Part shown: positions 46,901-61,500 of the stretch, piece after piece
How positions within the stretch are numbered: the first letter of the stretch is position 1
How the letters are laid out: the number at the start of each line of letters is the position of its first letter
NCBI GenBank assembly: GCA_001662655.1
Contig: KV460221.1
Length of the DNA stretch: 64,000 bases
Source: Pseudogymnoascus verrucosus
Lineage: Eukaryota
Direction: 5' to 3' (one strand)
Translations under genes and position numbers: made by a program
The notes under the pieces: generated by a model
Database searches by the model: none
The model's input: the letters and a program-made list of their open reading frames with translations, nothing else
What the model was told of the DNA's origin: nothing

Positions 46901-49900
46901 ATCATCATCGGCGTCAAGGGAGGGGACAGATTGATTCACGCACGCACGCACACACAAACTACTGTACATACCCATCACACACGGCACACACCGAGACCGT
47001 ATCCACCCACCACCCACCCATCCACCCATCCACCCACCCCATCATCTCCTCAACCCTACCCCTACAACCGCCGATCCCATCCCCCCATCCCCCTCGCATC
47101 CTCAGCTCAGCCCCAGCCGTCCCCGCACGGACGGTGAGGGTAGTGGTGCATGCATGCTTAGGTCATCCACCCATCCACCCACCCATCCGCATACACACAC
47201 AGACACACAGGACCCAAGGGTTCGTTTATTTTGGCCTCTTAGGGTGGGCTTTGCGTGTCAACCAATGAGGTGCTCTCAACTAGTGGCTGTCAGCCAATGA
47301 GATGAAGGAAATGGGATGGAGGTGGGGTGGGGAGGGGAGAGGAGGTTTGTGTGTGATGGATGTCGTGATTGACAGAACAGACAGACCGGTGGTTCGTGCA
47401 CTCGTGCACTCCTTCGTTCGCGCGTTCAGTTGTGTGAGTACTGTACAGCGCCCATGGGAGGCGCCGCGGAGATGGGAATAGAGAAGGGTAGGTACAGAAG
47501 CATGTCGTGGCTTGCTCCTGCCTCCCCGACCCGTTCGTTGGGGAATTGGGGCTTTGGGGCTTTGTATTTCCCGACCGGAGGTTAACGGAGACTCGGGATT
47601 TTTGATGGGACACGACACGACAGATACACGACGCCCACGCGAAAAACAAGGACCACCGCTGTCGGCGCCGCGATACTGGGAGAAGGAGGTGGAGTAAAAA
47701 ATATAGTGCTGTGCTGTGAGTGCTGCGAGTGCTGTGAGGTAAAGTATACCAGACCAGAGTAATCAAGCCAAGTATCCTCTCTCTCTCCCCCCCTCTCCGG
47801 TCCAGACCCCAACCGCGCCACCCGTCCCCATCCCTTCCCATCCCCTCCCTTCTCCCACGCTAACCACCTCCCCCTCCCACCCACGCTACCGCCAAAGCCC
47901 GCCCGCAACACACACGCACGCCAACGCACGCCCGAAACGCCTCGTCCTCGCCTGGGCGGTTTTTCCCTCTCTCGAGAGCTCGCTCGCGTTTTCCCGCATG
48001 CCGGGGTGTGGTGTGCGAGTCTAGCCCTTGTTTGGTGCACGGACGGGAAATGGAGGAGGGGGATGGGGGGGAGTGACATGTTTCTGTTCGAGTCGTGGTG
48101 GTGCAGGATGGTGCAGGATGGTGCAGTGTGCAGGTGCAGGAGGGAGGGAAGGAAGGGGATGGGGGGCACGCGTGGTGTGCGTGGTTTGGTGGTGGATGGA
48201 ACGGGGGTGGGTGGACTTGAGAGGATACAGTACAGTATGCTTACCATACTGTACCGTGCTTTATTGAACCCGTGACGCGCTTTTTACTTTTTATCTCCCT
48301 CGTGCTGGCGCGTAATATCTACTCTATCTGAGCTCTGTGTGTGTGTGTGTGCGTGTGAGTAGTCGCGCCGCGTGGTCTAGATTCGCGCGAAGAACCATAC
48401 CCCATCTACTCTATCAATCAACAGTCAGCAGTCCCGTCAATTCGTAAAAAAAAACACTATACAGCTACCCACCCACGGCACAACCCATGAGCGATCCGGA
48501 TCCAGACGAGAGAGCACCACGACGGGTGCGGGCCAATATTGGATCCGCAACTGGGATTGCGCCAGTGTACGTACCTGATCGCTAGCGTGGCGTGGTGGTG
48601 CAGCTGCTAGCGTGGGCGGGCTGGGGGGTAGGGGGATGTGTGTCCATTCTTTTTTGTGTCATTTCGTCTCGTCGCGCTCGTCTTTCCCTGTCCTGTCTGT
48701 TTGGATGTGTGGATGTGTAGATGTGGATGTGTGGATATCTGGTCACTCTGTCCGCCTGTCTGTCTGTCTAACCCCTCCCATGCTTTCTTTTTCGGCTCTC
48801 GGTGCGGCTGTACGAGGAGGGGGAGATGGTCGATAGTGGAGGATGGAGCAGTGGTGTAGTATTAGTGTCCAGTTCGCCGTATACAGTACATGCGCCTATC
48901 CCATTGCATCCACTCCCATGCGCCCATCCCCTCCAGAGCGACCACACGGCTTGCATCCTGCCCGCCTACACTACACTACAACACCAGGCAGGCGGGCTGG
49001 CGCACTCTAGAGTAAGATCGGGGCGTAATTGCCTCCTCCTCCCCCCTGCTCCCACGAAGCTAGTGGCTGCACTAGCAGCTGCAGCCATACGTATATTGCA
49101 GCACTAGCTACAGTACAGTATATCACGAACAGCCGGGATAAGGACGACAAGGAGGGAGCGAGCGAGCGAGCCAGCCGCTCTGTACGTTCGTCCGTGCGTC
49201 TGTCTGCCCGAGGCTTGGGATGGGGGTGTGTGCGGCTGGGGATGGAGGTGGCGGCTTGGGGTGGAAGCGGGCTTGGTGGAAGCGGGCTTGGGCTTGGGAT
49301 ACAGGTAGGGCGAGGAGGGGGGGGGGGGGTTCAGTAGTGCAAGCCGTGGGCACGAGGCGGGATTAAGCTCAGGAAGCCACGGCGCTGTGGCAGCGCAGGG
49401 GTGTAGGGGTGGCGATGGTGGTGATGAGGAGGAGGAGGGTGCCGAGGGGGGAGGTAGGGGTAAGCGACTCGACTCGACTCGAGTGAGTGGTGCGGCGGGC
49501 TGCATGAGCAGAGTTGTATCCATATCCGAACATCCTAATTGAACGAGTGAGGGAGCTGGGAAGAGGGAAGGGATCGGTCGGCTATCCTCTCTCTAAACGG
49601 AATCGTCGACAGCAGCGCCGTATGTATGATGACGGGAGTGGAAAATGACAGGAGGGTGGTTTGGTTGATTACTACAGCACCGTGCCGCCCGCAGTGGACA
49701 GACAGTAGTAGTGCGCCATACTGTGCTGTACCTTACAGCTCACCTCCCACCGCACCGCGGCGCTGAGACATCCACGCGGTCTGAAACCCGCACGACCCTT
49801 CCCGACCGAGGACGACCCTTACATCTACAGTGCCATACAGTATCTCCATCTCAGTGCGGCCGGTCGGTCAGTCGTTCGGTCGTCGTACAAAACCTATCTT

Positions 49901-52900
49901 TATTTCCGTACAGTATGCGAGGACAGTCAGACCCCACCACGGCACGCACGCAGGATACCTATTCCCCCGAGTGTTCGTCGCATGGCTATGTGCCGTGTCG
50001 TGTCGCGTAGCACAGGACGGCGCCGTGCAGTGTAGTGCAGTGCTAGCCAGCCATGTGTTTCTGTGCTGGTGTCGAGGCGGTGGACGTTGTGCAGACGCGT
50101 GAGTACCGGGGGAGAGGGGGGACAAGGACGCCCGGCGTCCGCGGCTAGAGGATGGGTAAGGCGGGAGGACACGTGGGTTGAAGGGTGTTCTGGGCGAGAG
50201 GATGCGTTAGGGGGAGGTTGATTACGGGTATGTTTGCTTACTGTGCGTGGGGAGTAAGGTTGACGCACTGTAATACAGTATGAGGAGGAGGAGGACTCCG
50301 AGGGAGCCGTGATTACTCTCCTCCTACTATACTCACCCGCATCCCTCGTAAAGATCAACACTCCCCAGCCTGTACAGTAAAGTAGAGTAGCATCCGAACC
50401 ACCACCCCCCTTCCCAACGGAACCGTGCACACACCACACCACAGACAACAGCACTGCACAGAAATACTACCGTACGCACGTATCATCCCTACCGCACACC
50501 ACGGGCGGTAAACCCAGCACTGCTGGTAAGTTAGTGAACAACACGGCGCAAATAAGCTCCGCACCGTCTCCCACATCCTGGACGGCGTAAGCACATTGTC
50601 TATCTAGCCCGCGTGCACGGACTGTATTTCCCTTCCGCCTTCGCCCCCTATTTTTCATGGCTGGCAAAGCTACATATTGTGGAGAGCTGTGACGGCGCCG
50701 CGGTGTGGTGCTGGTGGCAGTGGTGGGGCAGGCAGGGGGAAAGAGGAGGAGCAGGAGATGGATGGTTGAAGATCTTCAAGTCCATCGTCGGATAGCATGG
50801 CTTCCGGTGTCGTGGGATGGGGCACGTACGGGGAGGAGGGTTTTGGTGGAGTGGTGGAGGTGCTGCCTGCCTGCCGCCCCTTTTCGTATGCGGGTGAGGA
50901 TCCCTGGCGGCTGGGTGGTGAGGGTGCGGGCCGTGCGTGCGTTGGTGGGTGGTGGCGGGTGGGTGATTAGTGGTGCGGCGGACTAGGAGGAGGATGGGGA
51001 TGGGAATGGGAATGGGGATGGTAGGGCAGATCTATGCTGTAGATGCAGGGAGGTTGGAAAATGGGTGAGCGAGCGAGCAAGGCAGCAGGGCAGATTGGAG
51101 AAGTAGAGTGGGCAAAATTGTAAGAGTAGGACGGGAATGAGGGATTGGACAAGGGGGTTGGGGGGGTCAATAGAGGCAGGCAGGCAGATTGAGATGCAGA
51201 ATGTAGGCTGAAAAAAGAGAAGAGGGTAGATCCGGAGACGCATGGTGAGAAGGGGGCTGAAGGCTGAAGGTTGAAGGGGGTGAGCGTAAAGCACAGGGCA
51301 GATACCAAATGCAAGATTGCTCAAACGGGACGAGAGTAGGGTAGGGCAGATCCGGAGATGCGAGTTTGCTGGGGGGCAGGGGGGAACGGAAAAAAAAAAA
51401 AAAAAAATAGAGATACCAGGCCAGGGCAGGCAGGGCAGGGTAAGATGGAGAAGAGGGCATCATCATACATACTTCCAGGGCTGAAATTAGACAACCAGAA
51501 GGAAAGCGGCAAGGTTAGGGAGGAGGGCAAGGCGAAGAAAAATAAGCAAGTCTACACGACACAGCCAGTTCTGGCAGAGTGGAGATGAGGTGCTATTGCT
51601 ATTGCTATAGATAGGACAGGACAAGGCACGGTACAATAAAAAATCACCGATCACTCACCGAGCGACTCCGAATATCGGGTCGATTTACAGTATACAGTAT
51701 ACGAAATACCACCCTACCCCCCCTTCCCCCCCGATCCCAGCCAGATAGACGGGATCGACATACATCTCGTCTCTCTTCACCCAACAAGGACCCAAGATCG
51801 TCCGCCGCGCTTTCACCCAGCTGTTCCCCGCGAAACATGGATCCACAGCTAGAGTAGTATGACAGGGCAAAGCAAGACGGAACTGTGAGAGTGAGAGAAA
51901 TACTGTGTAGATCGGCCGCCTGGGACTTACCGAAGTAGTGTACTGTAAGTAGAGAAATATGGAGGACAGACAGTGACAGGGAAGAGGGCAAGAGGACAAG
52001 AGACCCACCCCCCAAAAGATCGACACGCCCCCTCCCCAAACTCTCAGGGGCACAACGACAAAAACGACACGGACGGCGCAAACCGGGCCCCGGCAACCCC
52101 CAGGACGCCGTGTGGCGTCGGTGACAGGAGTCCGTCTGGTTCCGGTGCGAGGTTTAGTGTGGGTGTAGCGTCGTATTGCGGTATACGGTAGCGATGGCGG
52201 CTTGCTGTGGGACTGGACTAGAATCTGTGTGGTTTGGTGGTATTTTGGGGAATTGGTAATTTCCGCAACTGCTAGGGATGGGGGTGAGTGCCGTGCTTGG
52301 CTGTGCGTGGGAAGGGGGGTAGGGGATGATGATAAGGGGGTTTCTTTTCTTTTTTTTTTCTTTTGGTTTTAGGGGATATCTAATTGTCGGCTTTGGTGTA
52401 GGTAGAGTTGCTTGTAGTCATTGTTGCAGACTGGCAATTCTAGGCGACGGTTCTAGACCTAACGGATACAAGGCGTTTTGGGCGACGATGATGGCCTCAC
52501 GCGCTCCGTCGTAGGACCTGCGTACGACCACTGTGAAATAAGGGTATATTCCAGTAAGGTACTAAGAGAGACTTTGATGCCGACGTCAACCTACTGCTTA
52601 TTACGAAGACATCAACTGTATGTTATTATCACCACCAAAGCTTCATCGATTTGGGTTTTATTTTTATTTTATTAGAATTAGCTAAAGCTGTCTACCTCTG
52701 ATCCTCTCACAGAACAGAATGTAAACCTGCCCAACAATTCTCACCACCTCATCCCCTCGTACAATCCGCTTCAAATATCCGTCGTCTCAAGCAAGTGATT
52801 AGCACCCCCAAACTCATACACACACCATTAAACATTACCCCCCGTATATATCCATCCATACACACCTGACTCCATCGCCTCAAAACAAAGTGATAGTCCT

Positions 52901-53119
52901 CCACAAATACTCACACAAACCCCTTCAAAAAACCTCATACAAAAACGAGCAACCCCCCATTAAAAAACTCACACAAAAAAATATAGCCGTCCCCATCAAA
53001 AATCTCATACAAAAAAAATAAGGGGAACCGCATCGAAAGGCCAGCAGCAGCTTGACGACTTCAAAATCCGCGAGTTCCAAAAATAGTGTTGAATTGATTG
53101 CCCTGCGATGTGCGAAAAA

Positions 53120-56100
53120 TTAAGCGCTCGTCAGGGTCTTGATCATCATTCTCCTCTTGCGCTCCTCGCCGACCAACAGTCCGCGGGTCTGGAAGACAGA
53201 TTCCATCGTAGCAACGACTCTGTGGAAGCTGCTCGCCGCGCCGGCCTCCTGGGACAGTCTGGCGATGCTAAGGCGGTTTCTCTTGCCGTGCTCAATGACG
53301 GTCAGGAACTCGATCGCGAACGACACTACCTTGAGCTCGAGATCTAAATTTGATGGTTAGCTACAGTCTCATCAGATGCGGCAGCGGGGGGGGGGCCTTA
53401 CAGTTGACGGGAGCGACTTTGCCGAACACGAGGTTGGCTGGCTTGTTGACGACGACGTCCTTGATGCCGAATTGTCTCCAATCCTTCAGGAGCTGGGCGA
53501 CTTCCTGGCGGGCGCGGCGCTTCGTAAGGTTGAAGCACAAGTAGCTCGTGGCGGGCTTGACGAGGAAGAGACGCGCGAGCCAGTTCTGCTGGGGCTCGAT
53601 CTGGCGGGATGGGTCGTCGCGGTAGTTTACCAGCTTGGGTTGGTAATAGTTCACATCGTCGCCGATGGATTCGGTGCTCCTGTTGTCATTGTACAACTTG
53701 AATGCTGCTTTTGTGTTAGTAGATGTGGTAAAGGGGGAAATATTTGTGAACTTACCTCCAAGTGGCAGGCCCTCCTCTTCCTTGGGGCCGAACTTCTTCA
53801 AGAGATTGCCAAGGTTGAAACCCTTCTTCTTTGGGTCGGGGAGACAATTCGGGTTGATCTCTACTTCTCCGGGTGCGAACTGGCTGTCCTCTTGCTTGGA
53901 GTCACGCTTGTACCAGGCGGTCTTCTTCTTCTTGGTGGTGCCGAAACCAGTACGCTTAACACCATCATATCTGAATGGGTCGACATCGTTCTTGCTCTTT
54001 CGGCCTTTAGACTCGGTAGAGAAATTTGGTGCGAGCTGCTCAAACTTGGTGAACGTATCTTTGGCGGCATTCAAAGCGCCAGTCATCAATGGCGTCTCCA
54101 CCGGCAGCGGAGGCAGGGGCTGGGTCGGAGGTGGAGTCGGAGGTGGAGCTGGCCTCTTGACCTTGCGAATATTAAGAGGTGCTGGCATCTTGACTGGGCT
54201 CGAGGAGAGAGGCACAGCTCTAGCAGTGACTGGACGATGGTCAGGATTCGTAACCACGAGCTCACGCTCGTTGTATCTCCCATTGTAGGGCTCGGGAGCA
54301 GATCCCATTCGGTGAGAAGCCACTCTGTTCGTACGCTCACGATGAAGGTATTGCCCATAGCCATCGCTACGCTCCGATGTTCTGGCGCGAGAGTAGTTCT
54401 GCGGGTTTGGCAATGGCCTCGGACCCTCGATACCTCTACCACTCGTGGTGGTTGGGTTTGGAGCTGAGGTGGTTCTTCTCTCACCTTCGCTCAGGTAAGT
54501 CTGGTTTGGCAGCATGAGGCGATCAATGTGGGAGACCATCCGATTGATGTAACGAGGAGAGTGGACTCCATCGCCGGTGACTTTGCGGCTGTGAGCAGCT
54601 CTACGGGCCTCAACAAGCTCTTCTTCCACAGACTCGGATCTCTTCGGTGGGACTGGCAATGGTCTGCTCTCATACACCGACTGGCGGCCAATTGGATTTG
54701 CGGCTTCCCACTGTTTCAGTTGGAAGAGCGATGGATCGGTGTCCGTATTTCCGCGTTCGAAGGACGTGAAGGGCGTAGAGTAGTGGCTATCAGAGCCGTA
54801 ATCAGCTGAGCTTGAGAGCATCGACAAACCATGCGATCTATTGAATGCTTCATCACAATCTTTCGCCAAGCTGCTGCTCACCTGGCGCACATCCTCTTGG
54901 GCACGTCTGTAAGCCTGAGGCAATGGATGAGCAACTGTACCCGCCTCCTTTCGGGATCGGAGCTGTGCGATCACATTTGGTGAATCCTCGGGAACTTCTT
55001 CCATGAGCTTGGAGCGCAGTCTATTTCTCTCATTGGCCTCGGTCTCGGATACAGTTCGCATAGCCGGGTGACGCATGTTGGTGAAGCTGACCCCACGCTT
55101 GTATCTCTGCCCAGCGCGAACAGGGTTGCCTCCACTCTTCGTAGAGCTTGCAAGAGAGCTGCGTGAGGCATAGACTCTGGGGCGAGCCAAACCTGGTTGC
55201 ATTGCGTAGCGATTGCTCGATCTTGAGCCTCCCACACGGGAGATCTGTGTATCCTCCTGGAGACGGGAGATGGGGTTGCGGTGAATGACAACCTTGGCAT
55301 GTGTGGTTCCGTTCATTGTAAGATTCTGGTGTCTGGAATCTTTGAACGGATCGTAGCTCTTGACGGTCTCTCCAGACTCAGTCTCGGCATAGCCGCTGCT
55401 CTTCCTAGCATGGCCTCTCTCGACTCTCTCGCCGGTGTTGCTGACGACAGTGAATTTCGAGATCTGTCGTTTGTAGCCATTGGGGCCTGGGCCTGTTTGG
55501 GTAAACTGGCGAGTAGAGAGCTTCTTGATTTTTGAAAGAGGGCGGACATGGTGGTAGTCGCTGTTGGAATAGCCAATTTCAGGTGTATAATTCTCCAGCT
55601 GATTGTCACGGTGCTTCAGGAAAAGGCCATAAAAGAGCTTCTGGTCGTTCGGGTTGTCATCCAAAAGCAAGGTCACGAGCTGTTTATCTTCAAATTGATG
55701 CCACAAAGACTTTAGATGGCGCATGATCTCTTTGTCGATGTCGCTCACTCTATCAACTGGGCGCTCACAATATTGAACGTCAGGTGATCTGGGATTGATA
55801 CCTCCTCTGTAGGTATCGAGATACTCATACTTCTTGATGAGAGGGTGTCTCCAGATCTCGTTTATGCTAATTCTCTCACGAGGATCAACCTGCAGCATGC
55901 GCTTAATGAGATCAGCTGCTTCTGGTCCAATGGCATTGGCCATCCGATAATTGCCTTTTTGGATAGCTTGGAGAAGGCGTGGCACAGATGGGTGGTCGAA
56001 TGGCAGGCGTCCTGACAAGGTAGCATAGAGGATAATACCCATGCTCCAAATATCAACTTTGTCACCTCTATATGGGACTGCCTTGATGACTTCAGGTGCC

Positions 56101-57075
56101 GCATAGTGAGGGCTTCCACAAGAAGTGACGAGGCGGTGCTCGGGGGTTTGCTGGAGAGCAGCCATACCAAAGTCTGCAATCTTGATCTGGCCATCCTTGG
56201 TGAGAAGGATGTTCTCTGGCTTGAGATCACGATGGCAAATGTTGAACTGGTGGCAGTATGACACCGCACTCATAAGCTGTCTGAAGTATTTCATTGCTTC
56301 TTCTTCAGGTAAAAGCCCACAAATGCTGATGTGGTCAAAGAGCTCGCCATTGTCGACATACTCAAGGACAAGGTAGCTGATGACTGTTAGCGGTGGCACA
56401 TTTATGACGGGTGCAGAACTATACTCACATCTCGGTACGATTCTCCCAGATATCATATAGTCTCATGATATGAGGGTGCTCAATGAGCTTCATGATGGCA
56501 ACTTCTCTCTCGATGCCATATGGCATTCTGCGGTTCTCGCCTGAATCTTTCACCTTTGCATCTTTCTTGTTGAGAGATGCCAGACTACCAGCCTGTGACA
56601 ACAGTGCACTTTTCTTCTGCACGATCTTGACTGCTGCTGGCTGGCCGGTAACAGCGTGCTTTGCCATTCTAACTCTCGCAGTTGCACCCTTGCCCAAGGT
56701 CTTCCCAAGATGCCATGGTCCAATGTGTGTTTTGCGGCGTCTCTTGCCATCCGATGCATTGGTGGAGGCGTTTGAAATCAGAGAGTCTCGGTTGGGTCTG
56801 TGAACTCCATCCCCATTTGCGATGGCAGATAGGCGAGGGTCAACGGCATTAGTGGGGCGAGGAGTTATGATAATTTTGCGTTCTTGCACCGATTCGGTGT
56901 CTGACTTGTTGTAAGTGTTTTCTTCCTCATAAATTGCTCTACCATTGTGAGCCATTGTTTCTGGTATCTTGCCCAGCGGCGAGGGATATGTTGTGCGAGT
57001 ATTGTTGACGCGGGATGTGGCGTCCCCAAGAGGTGGCCGAGCAGTAGATGGCCGACGATAGTTTGAGGTGCTCAT
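53120..57075 (-). CDS. GIN4: Nim1-family Ser/Thr kinase (Gin4/Hsl1/Cdr2-like), ~1264 aa; complement(join(53120..53343,53402..53704,53756..56376,56429..57075))
   Basis: HIGPWHLGKTLGKGATARV, PYGIEREVAIMKLIEHP, HRDLKPEN, DFGMA, TSCGSPHYAAPE; C-terminal QNWLARLF...ARLSQEAGAASSF KA1-like region. Exact paralog name tentative. Confidence 0.9.
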
Positions 57076-57511
57076 GTTTCTTTTTACTTGTGCAGAGACA
57101 TGATGAAGGGGGGATAGGCAACGACAATGTAGCTTTCAGGCTTTGTGTCCTTGGACTTGGGTTCTGTATTGTTGGCCTTGAAGAAAATAGGGTGATGTTG
57201 TACACCGTCGTCGCTATGCCGACTGGTCGCTATGGCAGCGGCGATCTCCCAACGAAGACAAGAGAAACAATCAAAGCAGTCTATTTGAGAAGCTCCAATT
57301 GTATTGATCTGTATTTCTATCTATGGTATTAGCAAGGAATGATCTTATTTACTAATTTCAGCATTGCAGTACTCAAAATGTTGACTGCTGAATGTGAAGT
57401 TGGAATCGGTGATCTGTAATCAGTGCTTACCTTCAGTCCCAGTCTTGGGCAGTATGCCCTTTGATAATTGCTTGCACTGAGTAAAGAGAAAGGTGGAATA
57501 AGGATTGATGG

Positions 57512-57530
57512 CACGTGACAAACACGTGAC
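57512..57530. promoter_or_regulatory. Tandem CACGTGAC E-boxes (Cbf1-type bHLH sites)
   Basis: CACGTGAC at 57512-57519 and 57523-57530 in the divergent GIN4/SMC5 intergenic region. Confidence 0.45.
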
Positions 57531-58410
57531 CAGATGAGGTTGTCGAGGAAGTTTGTGGTGTGGAGTGAGGGTATCGTGGTAGGGCAAAGAAAGGAAAGGT
57601 TTAGTGGGTTGTTTACCTTCAATGTGAATTCGAACGCCGAAGCGAAGGGTACGGAGGAGGTCCAACAGATAATCCGAGTAAGTAGCCAGTAGGCAGACTT
57701 TGCCATATACACTTGTGCAGCTTCGATTCTTCCCATCCCATGACCAACTTACTAAGAATGCCCAGAAGGTTGGGGATGGTTTTGTAATACAGGGAACGAT
57801 GATAGTCATGTGCAGAACAGTTACACTCTTCAAACTTGAGAGACTTCTCTATGGTGAAAAGGAAGTGCTTTATACTCAGCCATATACTGCAACTACGGTG
57901 GTACCGTGCGTGGAACTCCTATCACTCTCTCCTCCAGTACGGTATGGAATCTCCCCGTAATTTGACATGAGAAGGGGGCAGCAAGGACCCAACGGCAAAG
58001 AGAGCAGGATATCTCAATATATACAGACTATTCTCTATCCCATGCATACAATAATATATGAATATAGAAATCAACGACGAGTTGGACAAGGCGAGCATAA
58101 GCTGCATGGCCGTATCCTCTTCTAACCGTGCGTAAACAGAGATAGTAAAGAGACACAAAATACTACTCTGAGCACTACACAGAGTACATGAAAAATAACC
58201 TTAATAAATAATATAGAGTACCTACTACGTGGAATATTGCAATAAATTATAAAAGAAAATGACATACCGAGAACTGTCGTCGTCTCTAAAATCTTGGCAC
58301 TCTAAAGCGGTGTTCCTGGCCGCCCCACCAAAACTGTCCCCCTCGCTCGTCCGATGGTACGTACAGCCAATCATGCCCCACCACTTTCGGTGCCCTGCAT
58401 CAAATCATCT

Positions 58411-58448
58411 ACGCGTCTCCTATCGCGTCTCTGGTGCCCCAAGCGCGA
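58411..58448. promoter_or_regulatory. MCB-like elements upstream of SMC5
   Basis: ACGCGT 58411-58416, TCGCGT 58423-58428, GCGCGA ~58443, within 100 nt of the ATG; consistent with MBF (G1/S) control. Confidence 0.5.
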
Positions 58449-58511
58449 TAACCTCAAAATTCAACGTCCGGGTAAAACATATTTGTTGCCTCATCGCCAA
58501 AACGAACAACG

Positions 58512-61500
58512 ATGCCGTCACTTTCGACAGGCAACCGTCGCCGGCGGGTGCCTGATCCCGAAAGTAGCGATGAAGGGGACGACTCTCCCGCGCCGACGAA
58601 CTCCAGAGTGTCCGGCGCATCGAAACGCGCGAGAACAGGACTAGATTCTTCACAACTCTCTGACGACGGCCTAGATCAAAGCGCAATGAATGGCATAGCT
58701 CTCCGTCAGAACGGAAATGGCCACAGCCAGGACGGATTCCAGCCTGGCGCAATCACGAGAGTCAAGGTCAACAACTTCGTTACCTACGAAGACGCCGTTT
58801 TCAACCCAGGGCCCAACCTCAATATGGTTATTGGACCGAACGGCACAGGCAAGAGCTCGCTGGTCTGTGCGATCTGTATCGGCCTTGGGTACGGTGCGGC
58901 CAACCTCGGACGAGCGGCGAAGTTCAGCGAATTTGTGAAGCACGGCAAGGACCAGGCTACGATCGAAATCGAACTACAAAGAAAACCCGAAGATCGCTCG
59001 AACTATATAATCAAAGTCCGCATTACAAGAGAAGGCGATAAACGGAAGTGGTGGATCAACGGTTCCGAAGCACCTTTGAAGAATGTACAACAGTTGGTCA
59101 GAGGGCTTGGGATCCAGGTCGACAATCTGTGCCAGTTCTTGCCTCAAGACAGGGTCTCTGAGTTTTCTGGGCTTAGCCCAGTAGCGCTTTTGCATGAAAC
59201 CCAAAGAGCTGCGGCGCCGCCCGAGATGCTTACATGGCATGACGAGCTCAAGAACTTACGAAAGAACCAGAAGGGAATCCAACTCAACCTCGAAACCGAC
59301 GAAGAGACGTTGCGTACACAAGAGGAGCGCCAGGAAGGTCTTCGCGGCGATGTTGAAAGGTTGCAGGAGAGGGCTCAAATACAAGAGAAAATCGCATTAC
59401 TTGAATCGAGCGTCCCTTTCGTCGACTACAACGTTAAGAGACGTCATTATATTGAGTGCAGGGAAAGAGCAAGAGAAGCAAAGAATCAACTCGTAGCTCT
59501 AGAGGCAGAATTTGCCCCAACGGTGCAAGCAGTTAATAATAAGGAAGAGTACCATCGCCGAATCGACGTGGCTGTAAAGGAGCGGAAGAAGGATCTCCAA
59601 AATTCAGAGCGTGCGGCAGACAATTTCTTTGCGCAGGTCGAAGAAGCGAATGAGAGCATCAAGGAGCTGGAGCAGAAGGCCAAATCAGAACGGGATGGAG
59701 AGCAGAAACGCAAACAGCAATATGCCGCCATAAAAGAAAAGATTGCCGCTTTGGAAGCCCAGTTGAAGAATGAGCCGCCAGCGTTTGATGGGCCGGAATG
59801 GAATGCCAAAATTGTAAGTTGCTCACCGATACAGAAGCGAAGCCAGATCTAACTATCTCCCATAGAGAGCTGAGGAGCATAAATGTCGCGAAATCGAAGC
59901 CGAGCAACGCCAGGTGACCGAGAAACGCGAGGATCTCGACAGACAAGGGCTTGATGTTAGAGCTCGTGTTGCTGAGAAGGAGCGGGAGCTCGCCACTCTC
60001 AACTCTCAGCAAGGTAAAAATATCAGCTTGCTCAGAAGTATTTCCAGAGATGCGGCAACGGCATGGGAATGGATTCAGGCAAATCGCAGCAAGTTCGAGA
60101 AGGATGTTTTTGGCCCACCACTCATTGAATGCAGGGTCAAGGACCCCCGATATGCCAATGCCATTGAATCTCTTTTCCAAAAGAACGATTTCATGGTCAT
60201 CACAGCACAGACAAGCGCAGATTTCAAGATATTAGACGAACAGCTGCTGGGAGCCTCTAACCTCAGGCTTGCTGATATCAACTTGAGGACTGTATCTAGG
60301 AGCCTTGGCCAAGTCCGAAATTCACCTATGCCGACCCATGAGTTGGAGAAACTTGGCTTGGATGGATGGGCCTTGGATTACGTCGATGGCCCTGAGCCAG
60401 TCCTTTCAATGTTGTGTGGCGCCGTGAGGCTAGACAGAATTGCAGTGGGACTGAAAGATCTGAACGAGAGCCAGTATAATGCTCTCACATCGAGTGCCGT
60501 ATCAACTTTTGTTACAGGACGTTCTCATTACAGTGTCCAGCGTCGCCGAGAATACGGCCCCGGAGCTACGTCAACGACCACAAAGTCTATACAAAATGCT
60601 CGTTACTGGACCGGCCAGCCTATCGACACCAATGATAAGCATGAACTTGAGGAAACACTCAAAGGTTTGCGGGAAAACTTTGACGTCATGAAGGTTGAAT
60701 CTGGTGGGCTAAAGGAGAAACTACGCGTGTTGGGCGAGCAAAGAAGTACCATCTTGGAAACAATAGTAAGTAAACCTGGCCCTCGTGCTACCGGATTTTT
60801 TACTCACTATGTCTAGAAAATTCTCAAGGCCAAGAAGAATGAAGCACAGTTAATTGCCGGGCGGTTCCAAGCGCTACCAGGCAAAATAGGTATGCCGGTC
60901 TATCCCCAATCGCTTTTGACACTCCTGCTAACGTGCTCACAGAGCGAGAGAAAGAGAACTTCCAAGCAGTGAAGCTAGTCAGTGACAACTACCGTGCGCG
61001 GATGCGAGAGATCGAGGCTCAATCCGACGAGCTCGTCCTCAAGAAAAACGCCTTATCCATCGACTACAAAGCCCTCGTCCAAGGCATCCGCACGGCGCAT
61101 CTCTCCCTCCAAGAAGCCAAATTCCGCCTCATCGAAGCCGCCTCCGACGTCGAATCGCTCAAAGAGCACTCCTCCAACATCACGCGCCGCGTCCAGGAAG
61201 AGCGTCAAAACTACGAGCGCGCAAACGAAGAATACAAGAACGTCAAGGCGCAAGCCATCGCCGTCCACAACCAGTGCATATCCATCCTCGCCGAGGGGAA
61301 CAACAAGGAGTACTTCGAGACCATCGATAAGGACCTCACCATCGAGCAACTAGAGCAGGATATCGACGCCGAGAAGTCAAAACTCGATTACATCCATGAC
61401 GGCAACCCGGGCGCCCTCCGCGAATTCGAGACCAGACAAGCAACCATCGACCGCCTCACCGCGACTATCACCTCCGCGCGCGCCGAGCTCACCTCAGTCG

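Noticed and set aside
44040..52200. Many ORFs up to 221 aa upstream of the C2H2 gene
   Set aside because: Low-complexity, no domain motifs or codon bias; treated as non-coding.
53376..54467. 363-aa ORF antisense to the kinase
   Set aside because: Antisense shadow, no recognisable domain.
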